In this document: one piece after another, positions 34,704 through 45,829 of the stretch | How the letters are laid out: the number at the start of each line of letters is the position of its first letter | Numbering within the stretch: the stretch's first letter is position 1 | NCBI GenBank assembly: GCA_030390025.1 | Contig: CM059431.1 | Coordinates: 94,676,001 to 94,740,000, forward strand | From: Squalus acanthias | Taxonomy: Eukaryota | Length of the DNA stretch: 64,000 bases | Direction of reading: 5' to 3' | Made by a program: the position numbers and the translations under genes | The notes under the pieces: generated by a model | What the model saw: only the letters and a program-made list of their open reading frames with translations | Database searches by the model: none | What the model was told of the DNA's origin: nothing

Positions 34704-35510
34704 ATCCAACATAACCAGGCTGTCTTTAAGCACCACATGACTGCAGCACTCTCTCCTCTGATGATTCCTAAAACTGTCTGACTGGTATCCATTCAGGTGT
34801 GCTTGTACATAGATCCACAAACTCAGCTTTAACCTTCCACAAGATCTTTTCCCAACTTGGATACACCCATCAGGGTGCACCTCTCTGCACCATACAGAAA
34901 TGTCAACCAGTTGCTAGCCTTGTGTGATCGCTTTATGTTCCAGACCTTCAGCTGCATGACCAAGTGGTACGTGACTCCCAATACCATCCGAGCATCACCC
35001 AGGCTACCATGTTGCCATCCACTTAGTCATTGCAGTGGGTGTCAAAGCTGGAACCCCAGAGCTGGGGGATGGAATGACAATTGGAATATTGAGTAGCGGA
35101 CAGAGGAGCATGTTAGAATGTGAGGATGTTAAAGGCAGCTATGCTGATACAATGTGAGCATCTGTGGATTCAGTGAGGTAACACTGACAAAGAATTTATG
35201 GCAGATTACAGCTTCTGTTTCAAGGCAACAGGATGACGTCCATTGTTGGGGATTGCCATGGAGAGTCACTTGCCTGGGGAAGTGATCTTGTATACATACA
35301 TGGCAATCATCAGTATTTCACATTGATAGCCAGCATTTTAGAAGCCCAATCAGCACATCCTGTCCACTTCCGTACTTATTTTAACCTTTCCTAAATGTGC
35401 ACTGCTTTTACTCCAGTAAACAACTTAACAACAAGAACAGAGGAAGGAACATACGAACAGGAATAGGCCATTCAGCTCCTCGAGCTTGTTCCACCATTCA
35501 ATTAGATCAT

Positions 35511-35831
35511 AAATGAGAAGTCGCACAACACCAGGTTATAGTCCAACAGATTTATTTAAAATTACAAGCTTTCGGAGCTGTCGCCCCTTCGTCAGGTACA
35601 ATGAGTGAATCTACATTACACAGTACATAAACACAGAAACTGCAGAGATACAATCTTTCAGGGAAGGTGTCCTTACATCAAAGACACACCAGAGCACAGC
35701 AAAGACAATGAGATGTGTCACAGGGGGTCCAACGTGTCAAATCCTGCTGTCTGCAGTTGAGCTTTCTTTTTTTTTTGGGCTCATTGTCTTGGCTGTGCTC
35801 TGGTGTGTCTTTGATGTAAGGACACCTTCCC
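35511..35831 (-). mobile_element. Penelope (second family) 3' fragment with local fold-back
   Basis: Homologous to 30225-30480. Inverted repeat 35661-35712 / 35780-35831. Confidence 0.8.
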
Positions 35832-38800
35832 CCTTCCCTCCCTCCCCCTTCACTCACTCCGTCCCTCCCCCCCCCCTTCCTTCCTCCCCTCCCTCCTCCC
35901 TCCCCCCCTCTCTCTCTCCGCCCCCTCTCCCTCCCCTCTCTCCCCCCTCTCTCTCCCCCCCGTCTCTCTTCCCCGTCTCTCTTCCCCCCCGTCTCTCTTC
36001 CCCCCCCCCCGTCTCTCTTCCCCCCCCCCGTCTCTCTGCCCCCCCCCGTCTCTCTTGCCCCCCCCCGTCTCTCTTCCCCCCCCCCCCCGTCTCTCTTCCC
36101 CCCCCCCCCCCCCGCTCTCTCTTCCCCCCCCCCGCTCTCTTCACTCCCCCCGTCTCTCTTCCCCCCCCCCCCGTCTCTCTTCCCCCCCCCCCCCGTCTCT
36201 CTTCCCCCCCCCCCGTCTCTCTTCCCCCCCCCCCGTCTCTCTTCCCCCCCCCGTCTCTCTTCCCCCCCCCCCCCCGTCTCTCTTCCCCGCCCCCCCGTCT
36301 CTCTTCCCCGCCCCCCCGTCTCTCTTCCCCCCCCCGTCTCTCTTCCCCCCCCCCGTCTCTCTTCCCCCCCCCCGTCTCTCTTTCCCCCCCCCCCCGTCTC
36401 TCTTCCCCCCCCCCCGTCTCTCTTCCCCCCCCCCCGTCTCTCTTCCCCCCCCCCCCGTCTCTCTTCCCCCCCCCTCTCTCTCTTCCCCCCCCCGTCTCTC
36501 TTCTTCCCCCCCCCTCTCTCTCTTCCCCCCCCCCTCTCTCTCCCCCCCCCCTCTCTCTTCTTCCCCCCCCCTCTCTCTTCCCCCCCCCCGTCTCTCTTCC
36601 TCCCCCCCTCTCTCTCTCTTCCCCCCCCTCCTCCCCCCCCCTCCTCCTCCCCCCCCCCTCCTCCCCCCCCCTCCTCCCCCATCTCCCCCCCCTCCCCCCC
36701 ACCCATCTCCCCCCCCTCCTCCCCCATCTCCCCCCCCTCCCCCCCACCCATCTCCCCCCCCTCCCTCTCTTCCCCCCCCCTCCCCCCCCACCACCCCCTC
36801 TTCTCCCCCCCCATCTCCCCCCCCTCCTCCCCCCCACCCCCCCTCCCCTCCACCCCCCCCTCCCCTCCACCCCCCCACCCCCTCCACCCCCCCCTCCACT
36901 TCCCCCCCCCCTCTCTCTTCCCCCCCCCTCTCTTCCCCCCCCCTCTCTTCCCCCCCTCTCTCTCTCCCCCCTCTCTCTCTCCCCCCTCTGTCTCTCTCTC
37001 TGTCCTCTCTCCCCCCTCTCTCTCTCTCTCCCCTCTCTCTCTCCCCCCTCTGTCTCTCTCTCTGTCCTCTCTCCCCCCTCTCTCTCTCTCTCCCCTCTCT
37101 CTCTCTCTCTCTCCCCCCCTCTCTCTCTCCTCCCCCCCCCCTCTCTCTCTCTCTCTCTCCCCCCCCCCTCTCTCTCTCCCCCCCCCTCTCTCTCCCCCCC
37201 CCTCTCTCTCCCCCCCCCTCTCTCTCCCCCCCCCCTCTCTCTCTCCCCCCCCTCTCTCTCTCCCCCCCCCCCTCTCTCTCCCCCCCCCCCCTCTCTCTCC
37301 CCCCCCCCCCTCTCTCTCCCCCCCCCCCTCTCTCTCCCCCCCCCCTCTCTCTCTCCCCCCCCCTCTCTCTCTCCCCCCCCCCCCTCTCTCTCTCCCCCCC
37401 CCCTCTCTCTCTCCCCCCCCCTCTCTCTCTCCCCCCCCCCCTCTCTCTCTCCCCCCCCCCTCTCTCTCTCCTCCCCCCCCCCCTCTCTCTCTCCCCCCCC
37501 CCCCCTCTCTCTCTCCCCCCCCCCCCCCTCTCTCTCTCTCCCCCCCCCCCTCTCTCTCTCCTCCCCCCCCCCTCTCTCTCTCCCCCCCCCCCCTCTCTCT
37601 CTCTCCCCCCCCCTCTCTCTCTCTCCCCCCCCTCTCTCTCTCTCTCCCCCCCCCCCCTCTCTCTCTCTCCCCCCCCCCCTCTCTCTCTCTCCCCCCCCCC
37701 CCTCTCTCTCTCTCCCCCCCCCCTCTCTCTCTCTCCCCCCCCCTCTCTCTCTCTCCCCCCCCCCCTCTCTCTCTCTCCCCCCCCCCCTCTCTCTCTCTCC
37801 CCCCCCCCCTCTCTCTCTCTCCTCCCCCCCTCTCTCTCTCTCCCCCCCCCCCTCTCTCTCCCCCCCCCCTCTCTCTCTCCCCCCCCCCTCTCTCTCTCCC
37901 CCCCCCTCTCTCTCTCTCCCCCCCCTCTCTCTCTCTCTCTCCCCCCTCTCTCTCTCTCCCCCCCCCCCCCTCTCTCTCTCTCCCCCCCCCCCTCTCTCTC
38001 TCCCCCCCTCTCTCTCTCTCTCTCCCCCCCTCTCTCTCTCTCTCTCTCTCCCCCCCTCTCTCTCTCTCCCCCCCTCTCTCTCTCTCCCCCCTCTCTCTCT
38101 CTCCCCCCTCTCTCTCTCTCTCTCTCCCCCCTCTCTCTCCCCCCCTCTCTCTCTCTCTCTCTCTCCCCCCTCTCTCTCTCTCTCTCTCTCCCCCCTCTCT
38201 CTCTCTCTCTCTCTCTCCCCCCTCTCTCTCTCTCTCTCTCTCCCCCCTCTCTCTCCCCCCTCTCTCTCTCTCTCCCCCCTCTCTCTCTCTCCCCCCCCCT
38301 CTCTCTCTCTCCCCCCCCCTCTCTCTCTCTCCCCCCCCTCTCTCTCTCTCTCTCTCCCCCCCTCTCTCTCTCTCTCCCCCCTCTCTCTCTCTCTCTCCCC
38401 CCCTCTCTCTCTCTCTCCCCCTCTCTCTCTCTCCCCCCCTCTCTCTCTCCCCCCCCTCTCTCTCTCTCCCCCCTCTCTCTCTCTCTCTCTCCCCCCTCTC
38501 TCTCTCTCTCCCCCCCCCTCTCTCTCTCGCCCCCCCCTCTCTCTCTCTCTCTCTCCCCCCTCTCTCTCTCTCTCTCCCCCCTCTCTCTCTCTCTCTCCCC
38601 CCCTCTCTCTCTCTCTCTCCCCCCCCTCTCTCTCTCTCTCCCCCCCCTCTCTCTCTCTCTCTCTCTCCCCCCCTCTCTCTCTCTCCCCCCCTCTCTCTCT
38701 CTCCCCCCTCTCTCTCTCTCCCCCTCCCCCCCTCTCTCTCTCTCTCCCCCCCTCTCTCTCTCTCTCCCCCCCCCTCTCCCTCTCTCTCTCTCCCCCCCTC

Positions 38801-39610
38801 TCCCTCTCTCTCTCTCCCCCCCTCTCCTCTCTCTCCCCCCCTCTCTCTCTCTCTCTCTCCCCCCTCTCTCTCTCTCCCCCCCCCCTCTCTCTCTCTCCCC
38901 CCCTCTCTCTCTCTCCCCCCCTCTCTCTCTCTCTCCCCCCCTCTCTCTCTCTCTCTCCCCCCCTCTCTCTCTCTCCCCCCCCTCTCTCTCTCTCCCCCCC
39001 TCTCCCTCTCTCCCCCCTCTCTCTCTCTCCCCCCCCTCTCCCTCTCTCCCCCCCTCTCTCTCTCTCTCCCCCCCTCTCTCTCTCTCTCTCCCCCCCTCTC
39101 TCTCGCCCCCCCCTCTCTCTCTCTCCCCCCCTCTCTCTCTCCCCCCCCTCTCTCTCGCCCCCCCCTCTCTCTCTCTCCCCCCTCTCTCTCTCTCCCCCCC
39201 TCTCTCTCTCTCTCCCCTCTCTCTCTCTCTCTCTCCCCCCCCTCTCTCTCTCTCTCTCCTCTCTCTCTCTCCCCCCTCTCTCTCTCTCTCCCCCTCTCTC
39301 TCTCTCTCCCCCTCTCTCTCTCTCCCCCCTCTCTCTCTCTCTCCCCCCCTCTCTCTCTCTCTCCCCCTCTCTCTCTCTCCCTCTCTCTCTGTCCTCTCTC
39401 CCCCCTCTCTCTCTCCCCCCCTCTCTCTCTCTCTCTCCCCCTCTCTCTCTCTCTCTCTCCCCCCCTCTCTCTCTCTCTCTCTGTCCCCTCTCTCTCTCTC
39501 TCTCTGTCCCCTCTCTCTCTCTCTCTCTGTCCTCTCTCTCCCCCCCTCTCTGTCCTCTCTCTCCCCCCCTCTCTGTCCTCTCTCTCCCCCCCTCTCTCTC
39601 TCTCTCTCTG
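35832..39610. repeat. ~3.8-kb polypyrimidine/polypurine tract
   Basis: Almost only C/T on the + strand. The unit shifts from (c)n-gtctctctt to (c)n-t to (ct)n(c)n. Confidence 0.97.
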
Positions 39611-39699
39611 ACTATTTTGATCAAACCAATAACGTATCTGTAACTAAAACAAAACTTCACAAATCATCTCTCTCTCTGTCCCCTCTCCCCCCTGAAAGA

Positions 39700-39990
39700 G
39701 AATGGAAAAGCCCACCAGCAGGAGGTGGAGCAGCCACGCCTCCTCGGAGATGGCGCTGCGCATGCGCGGAGTCGGAAACATCTCGCCCAGTCGTTAACTC
39801 TTTCTCTCTCTCCACGGATGTTGTCTGGCCTGATGAGTTTTTCCAGCGTTTTCTGTTGTTATTTCGCCCAGTCTTGAGTTAGTTGTATCTCCGTCTCCAT
39901 AACATTCGACCACTGAATAGAATAAGCGCACCGGTGCTGATTGAAACCTTGTTTCCAGGTGCTGACTTCAACGTATATCGCCGTTGATTG
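39700..39990 (+). promoter_or_regulatory. Putative CpG-rich promoter/5' UTR of the Ig-superfamily gene
   Basis: Locally CpG-rich. YY1-like agatggcg (39748-39755), NRF1-like tgcgcatgcgc (39757-39767) and ETS-like cggaaa (39773-39778) lie ~220 bp upstream of the ATG. Confidence 0.55.
39793..39863 (+). mobile_element. 71-bp Penelope terminal-repeat fragment
   Basis: Matches 17074-17146; exact 10-bp TSD tcgcccagtc (39783-39792 / 39864-39873). Confidence 0.8.
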
Positions 39991-40120
39991 ATGGTCGCTT
40001 GCAGCAGCGAGCAGCCTCTGACGATGCGGTCCATGATATCGCGGCTGTGGCGCAGTTTGAGGACTCGAGCCGCTCCTGGCCTGGTGCTGCTGATATTGGT
40101 CAGTCTGGGCTCATCAGCAG
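39991..40120 (+). CDS. Coding exon 1 (signal peptide) of a nectin/PVR-like Ig-superfamily receptor
   Basis: MVACSSEQPLTMRSMISRLWRSLRTRAAPGLVLLILVSLGSSA: basic n-region, hydrophobic core and small-residue cleavage site. Ends CAG|gtaggc in phase 1, compatible with the V exon. Alternative in-frame ATGs at 40024 and 40033. Confidence 0.72.
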
Positions 40121-40333
40121 GTAGGCTGGAGCTGGGGACAGTGGGCGGGGGAGAAAGCAACCTTCGCTGTTATTGTTGACAAACGGCCGAATGAGTGGCC
40201 CCTGTGTAAAAGCAAGAGGGGAGAAACCAAGTAAACAAGGGGAAGGTCGGGCTTAAAAACAGGAGTGAATTTAAATAAACTCTTTCTGAAATAAATTTTA
40301 GAACAGGGATAAACCAAACAAACGAGAATAATT

Positions 40334-40585
40334 CAATAGCAAAATACTGCTGATGCTGGAAATCTGAAATAACAGAAAATGCTGGAAACACTCAGCAGGT
40401 CAGGCAGCATCGTGGAGAGAGAAACAGTTAACGTTTCGGGTCCATAACCCTTCGTCAGAACTGGAAAAGGCGAGAGAAGTAACAGATTTTTAAGCAAGTC
40501 AGGGACATGGCGACGGGGAGGAAAGAACAAAGGGAAGGTCTGTGATAGGCTGGAAGGCAGGAGAGGGGCTGACTTTTTATGTTAT
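40334..40585 (-). mobile_element. Penelope terminal-repeat fragment with hammerhead core
   Basis: TSD aaacgagaataatt (40320-40333 / 40586-40599). The minus strand reads ctgacga-agggt/tatgg/accc-gaaacgtt. Confidence 0.82.
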
Positions 40586-41452
40586 AAACGAGAATAATTG
40601 TGGACTAAACATTTGTTGACTAAAGTAATTGTGTAAATAGTTCCAACTCAAAGCAACATCTGTCATTTGCCATATGGATAAGTGTTTATCTGGGATAAAC
40701 TTATACTCTGCAGGTGTTTGAGGACTGAGCTATAATGGCAGACATGTACTGTTTCCTATTGTTTTGAGTTGTAACTACACTATAGCCTGAAGATTGAGGA
40801 TTTTGACAGAACTGGTTCTGTAATAACTGATCACTCCCTTGTAATAAGTACCTTGCTGCCACATCTACCTATTTATACTAGAGGATGTACTGGGCAACAA
40901 AGGAAACAATAACCGTTCCCTGTATTTTGTTTCAGATTTCCAGCATTTTCAATTATTTTGCCTTTTTTTTTTAAATTCGGCAACAACAGTTTTGCTACAA
41001 GGTCGCGATCCAGACTTCAAAGCAACTGTGCATTTGCAACTTTGCCAGTCTGAGAGTCAGCAGTGCTCAAATCACAGTACTAATTTGTATGGGCTTACCA
41101 GAGATCAGCCTACTTATGCCCAGACTCCCAAATGGCAGGCACCTTCTGTCTGGAGGCCAGCATCTTGCTTGAGGTAGCTAGATATTTATCCAGTGGTCTC
41201 CTGTTTTCCACCATTTGAAATACTGCAATCAGAAGCAAAGGATGTCCCAAGTTATTCACAACTACATGATTGATTATTGTATTGCTCTGGAGCCTGATGC
41301 TACATAACTGGTGAAACTCAGTAAAGAAACAGATATCACTGCAGCCGGAAGTATTTGCGCCACCTTTGAAGCTCCAGACCTGATGTATTCCAGTCACCCG
41401 TGAGATACAATGGACAGTCAGGGAGCCATTTTGTAAGGCCATGCAAGAGTGT

Positions 41453-42000
41453 TTTTTTTCATTCATGGGATGTGAGCGTTGCTGGCAAGGCCAGCATTTT
41501 ATTGCCCATACTTAATTGCCCTCGAGAAGGTGGAGGTGAGCCACCTTCTTGAACCGCTGCAGTCTGTGTGGTGAAGGTACTCTCACTGTGCTGTTCGGGA
41601 TGGAGTTCCAGGATGTTGACCCAGCGACGATGAAGGAATGTAATATATTTCCAAGTCAGGATGATGTGTGACTTGGATGGGAACTTGCAGGTGGTGGTGT
41701 TCCCATGCACCTGCTGCCCTTGTCCGCAGGTTTGGGAGGTGCTGTCGAAGTAGTCTTGGCGAGTTGCTGCATTGCATCCTGTAGATGGGTACATGCTGCA
41801 GATATGGTGCGCCGGTGGTGGATGGGGTGCCAATCAAGCGGGCTACTTTGTCCTGGATGGTGTTGAGCTTCTTGAGTTGTTGGAGCTACACTCATCCAGG
41901 CAGGTGGACAATATTCCATCACGCTCCTGTGACGTGCCTTGTAGATGGTGGAAAGACTTGGAGGAATCGAGATGAGTCACTCACCGCAGAATACCCAGCC
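41453..42000 (-). mobile_element. 3' fragment of the same LINE family as 7099-10334
   Basis: MEYCPPAWMSVAPTT...; tail reverse-complementary to 10260-10330. Confidence 0.85.
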
Positions 42001-42481
42001 TCTTGTATGAATAAAATATACTTGTACTTGAAGAAGAAATAGCTCTGTAGTTGCCTTAAGATTTTTGGAAGATAAAGGAATGAGTATTAGAGACATAGGA
42101 ACTGGGTTAGGCTAGTCAGTCCTCGAGCCTGTTACGCCATTCAGCTAGATCATGGCTGATCTGTATCTTAATTCCATTTACCCACCTTGATTCCATAACC
42201 ATGTAACTTTCTATGATTCTATCCCTTAATACATTTACCGAACAAAAATCTATCAATCTTAGTTTAGTAGAGACATTTCTAAAACTACTTCAGAAAAGAC
42301 TTTCCAAAATTACTTTAAAAGAAAGAAAGGACTTGCATTCATATGGCGCATTTCACGATCCCAGGTCGTCCCAAAGCGATTTACAGCCAATGCAGTACTT
42401 TTGAAGTGAAGTCACTTTTGTGATATAAAAATAGCTGTTGGAAGAAAATACTTGCTGTGTTACCCTGTGGAAAGTACCTGG

Positions 42482-45100
42482 AATCATAGAATCATAGAAT
42501 AGTACAGCACAGAAGGAGGACATTTGGCTCATCGAGCCTGCGTCGGCTCTTTCAAAGAGCAATCCAGTTAGTCCCACTCCCCTGCTCTTTCCCCATATCC
42601 CTGCATTTTTTCTCCTTCAAGTATTTATCCAATTCCTTTATGAATGCTACTATTGACTCTGTATCCACTATCCTTCAGGCAGTGCATTTCAAATCCTAAC
42701 CACTCGTTGCGTAAAAAAGGTTTTCCTCATGTCATCTCTGATTCTTTTGCCAATCACCTTAAATCTGCCCTCTCATTACCGACCCTTCAGCCACTGGAAA
42801 CAGTTTCTCTTTATTTACTCTATCTAAACCCTTCATGATTTTGAACACCTCTATCAAATTTCCTTTTAGCCTTCTCTGCTCCAAAGAGAGCAACCCCAGC
42901 TTCTCCAGTCTATCCACGTAACTGTATTCCCTCATCCCTGGAACCATTCTAGTAAATCTCTTCTGTACCCTCTCCAAAGCCTTCATGTCCTTCCTAAAGT
43001 GTGGTACTCAGAATTGGACACAATACTCCAGCTGGGGCCGAACTAGTCTTTATATAGGTTTAGCATAACTTCCTGCCCTTTGTACTCTCTGCCTCATGTA
43101 TATTAAGCCCAGGATCTGAGATGCTTTATTAACTGTTAACCTGTTCTGCCACCTTCAAAGATTTATGCAAAAGCACCCCCAGGTCTCTCTGTTCTTGCAC
43201 CCCTTTTAAAATTGTACCATTTAGTGTGTATGGTCTCTCCTCATTCTTCCGACCAAAATGTATCACCTCACACTTCTCTGCATTGAATTTCATCTGCCAT
43301 GTGTTCGCCCATTCCACCAGCCTGTCTAAATCATCTTGAAATCTATTACTTCCAAGTTTCGTGTTCTCTGCAAATTTTGAAATTGTGCCCTGTACCCCCA
43401 AGTCCAAGTCATTAACGTATATCAAAAACAGCAGTGGACCTAGTACTGAACCTTGTGGAACGCCACTGTGTACCTCCCTCCAGTCTGAAAAACAGCCATT
43501 CACCACAACTGTTTTCTATCCCTTAGCCAATTTTCTATCCATGCTGCTACAGCCCCTGTTATTCTGACAAGCCTAGTACTTTATCAAATGCCTTTTGAAA
43601 GTCCATATACACAACATCAGTTGTAACAGAGCGGGTGGATGAGGGCAGTGCATCATCCCAGTAATTTCTTTTCAAATATGCTCATCTATCTCCTTCCCAC
43701 TATTTTGTGGTCTATAAAATACACAAAGTAGCGTAATAGCTCCTTTCTTGTTTCTCAACTCCAACCAAATAGATTCTGTCTTTGATCCCTCAAGGACATT
43801 CTCTCTAGCTCTGTAATATTTTCCTTAATCAAAACTGCTACCCTTCCTTTTTTCCTTCCCTATCTTTTCTGAATACCTTGTACCCAGGAATATTAAGCAT
43901 CCAATCCTGCCCTTTTTTGAGACAGGTCTCTGTTATCGTCACAACATCATATTCCCACGTGGCTGTTTGTGCCTGCAGTTCACCAACTTTATTAACCACA
44001 CTTCGTGCATTTACACACATGCACTCCAAACCTAACTTAGAAATATTTGTATTTTCGATGATCCCACCTAATTCTGTATTATTACCAACTCTAACTGTCT
44101 CTCCCTCTGCACCTTGTTTCTGCTTTTTAATACTACATCCTGGTGCCCAGCCCCCTGGCGAATTAGTTGAAACCTATCCCCACAGCACTAGTTAACCTGC
44201 CTGCAACGATATTGGTCCCAGCTCTGTTCAGGTGCAACTCATCCATCTTGAACTGGTCTCTCCTGCCACAGAACTGGTCCCAATATCCCAGGAATCTGAA
44301 GCCCTCCCTCCTGCACCATGTCTCTAGCCCTGCATTAACCTGCCATATCTTCCTATTTCTACTCTCTCTAGCGTGTGGCACTGGGAGTAATCCAGAGATT
44401 ACTACCTTTGAGGTCCTGCTTTTTAACTTCCTCCATAGCTCCTGAAAGTCTGACTGCAGGATCTCGACCCTCTTCCTTCCTCCCTATGTTGTTGGTTCCA
44501 ACATGGACCACGACTTCTGGCTCTTCCCCTCCCCCCCCCCTCCCGCCCCCGCAGAATGTTCTGCACCTCTCCATGATGTCCCTTACGCTGGCACCAGGGA
44601 GGCAACATACCATATGGGTCTTACGTTGACCGTAGCAAAACTGCCTGTCTGTCCCCCTGACTATCGAATCCCCAATTACTACTGCATTCCTACTGCACTC
44701 CTTTGAGGTGTCGTCACCCTCACCGGTATTCAGTGCTGACTATTGGTTTGAGAGTGCCACACTCCCGGAGGATTCCTGCACTGCCTGCCTCTTCCTACCC
44801 TTCCGGATGGCCACCCACTTGCTATTCTGAACTCCATCTGGCTGTGGGCTGACCACCTCCTGGAATTTGCGATCCAAGACACACTCAGCCACTCATATGT
44901 CCTGCAGTGACTCCAGCTGCCCCTCAATCTCAGAAACCCTCAGCGTGAGTTTGAGCAGCTGGAAGCACTTTCTGCAAACATGGGCCTTCGGGAAACACAC
45001 AGCGTCCTGAAGTTCCCACATGGCGCTGGAATTGCAGGCTACGGGTTGTAGCTGTCCCTCCATTCTAATTAGAAACTTAAAATAAACTACTTGGATACAC
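42482..45100 (-). mobile_element. CR1 LINE with large internal deletion
   Basis: 3' tail (attctatg)n at 42482-42500, RT C-terminal part 42759-43620, EN start 43838-44029 (NARSVVNK, TET), and ORF1 esterase/zinc finger 44163-45063. Confidence 0.88.
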
Positions 45101-45829
45101 AGTAATTTATATAATTGCTGCTAACTAGATCTAAGCTACATTGCAAGTTTTCTATTTGCTCCTCAAAGCAAACTAGCCAAAGACTAAATTATTTACTCAA
45201 GCTCTGAGTAAGAACCTCTGAGATACTAAATACAAAGAACCTAAATATTAGATACTTAACTTGGAATCCTTGGGTTCTGTGGCTCCACTCCTTGTTTTGA
45301 GTTGGGCGTGAGAAACTGCCTTCCTCCTCTCCACCAAATTCCTACTACAGGTTGAGCGTCCTGAATCCGGCAACCTCGGGACCGAGGCCGAGCCGGTTTT
45401 CGTGTTTTTCCGGACTTCGGAACGTGTTTCTGATGTCCGAAGTCTGGAAATATCGCAACCTGCGCTCTGGCGTTTCCGGACATCAGAAACACGTTCCGAG
45501 TCCGGAAATGCCTGGGCCCAGGTTGCGATATTTCCGGTTTTTGGACGTCACCTTGTAGTTCTCCTCGCAGGCCTTGTAGTCCTCGCTTCTTCGCAACGCA
45601 TGGTAAGCCTCCCTCTCTTGTTTTTGCAACGCTGTACTCTGTAACTGTACTTAATGTGAGCGTCCCGGCCTGGATCTTTTACTCCCATCTTCAAATTTGA
45701 AAAGGAATGTACAGTACTCAAAGCATGAAATATAATAAAGGTTTTTATTTGTAAAACAGTTAAGTTATGAAATATAAAACAGTAAATGAAGGCTTTTATT
45801 TGTGAAACAGTAAAAATAAACAGGTACAG

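Noticed and set aside
34704..35440. Possible old RTE-like remnant (FLYGAERCTL on the minus strand)
   Set aside because: A single weak motif, too decayed to support by eye.
39711..39756. CTCF-like sites
   Set aside because: Several mismatches to the core consensus; not distinguishable from chance in GC-rich sequence.
35678..39882. ORFs of 1268-1311 aa (Pro/Ser/Leu-rich or Glu/Arg/Gly-rich)
   Set aside because: They are open only because a C/T-only tract cannot contain stop codons; several frames on both strands are open.
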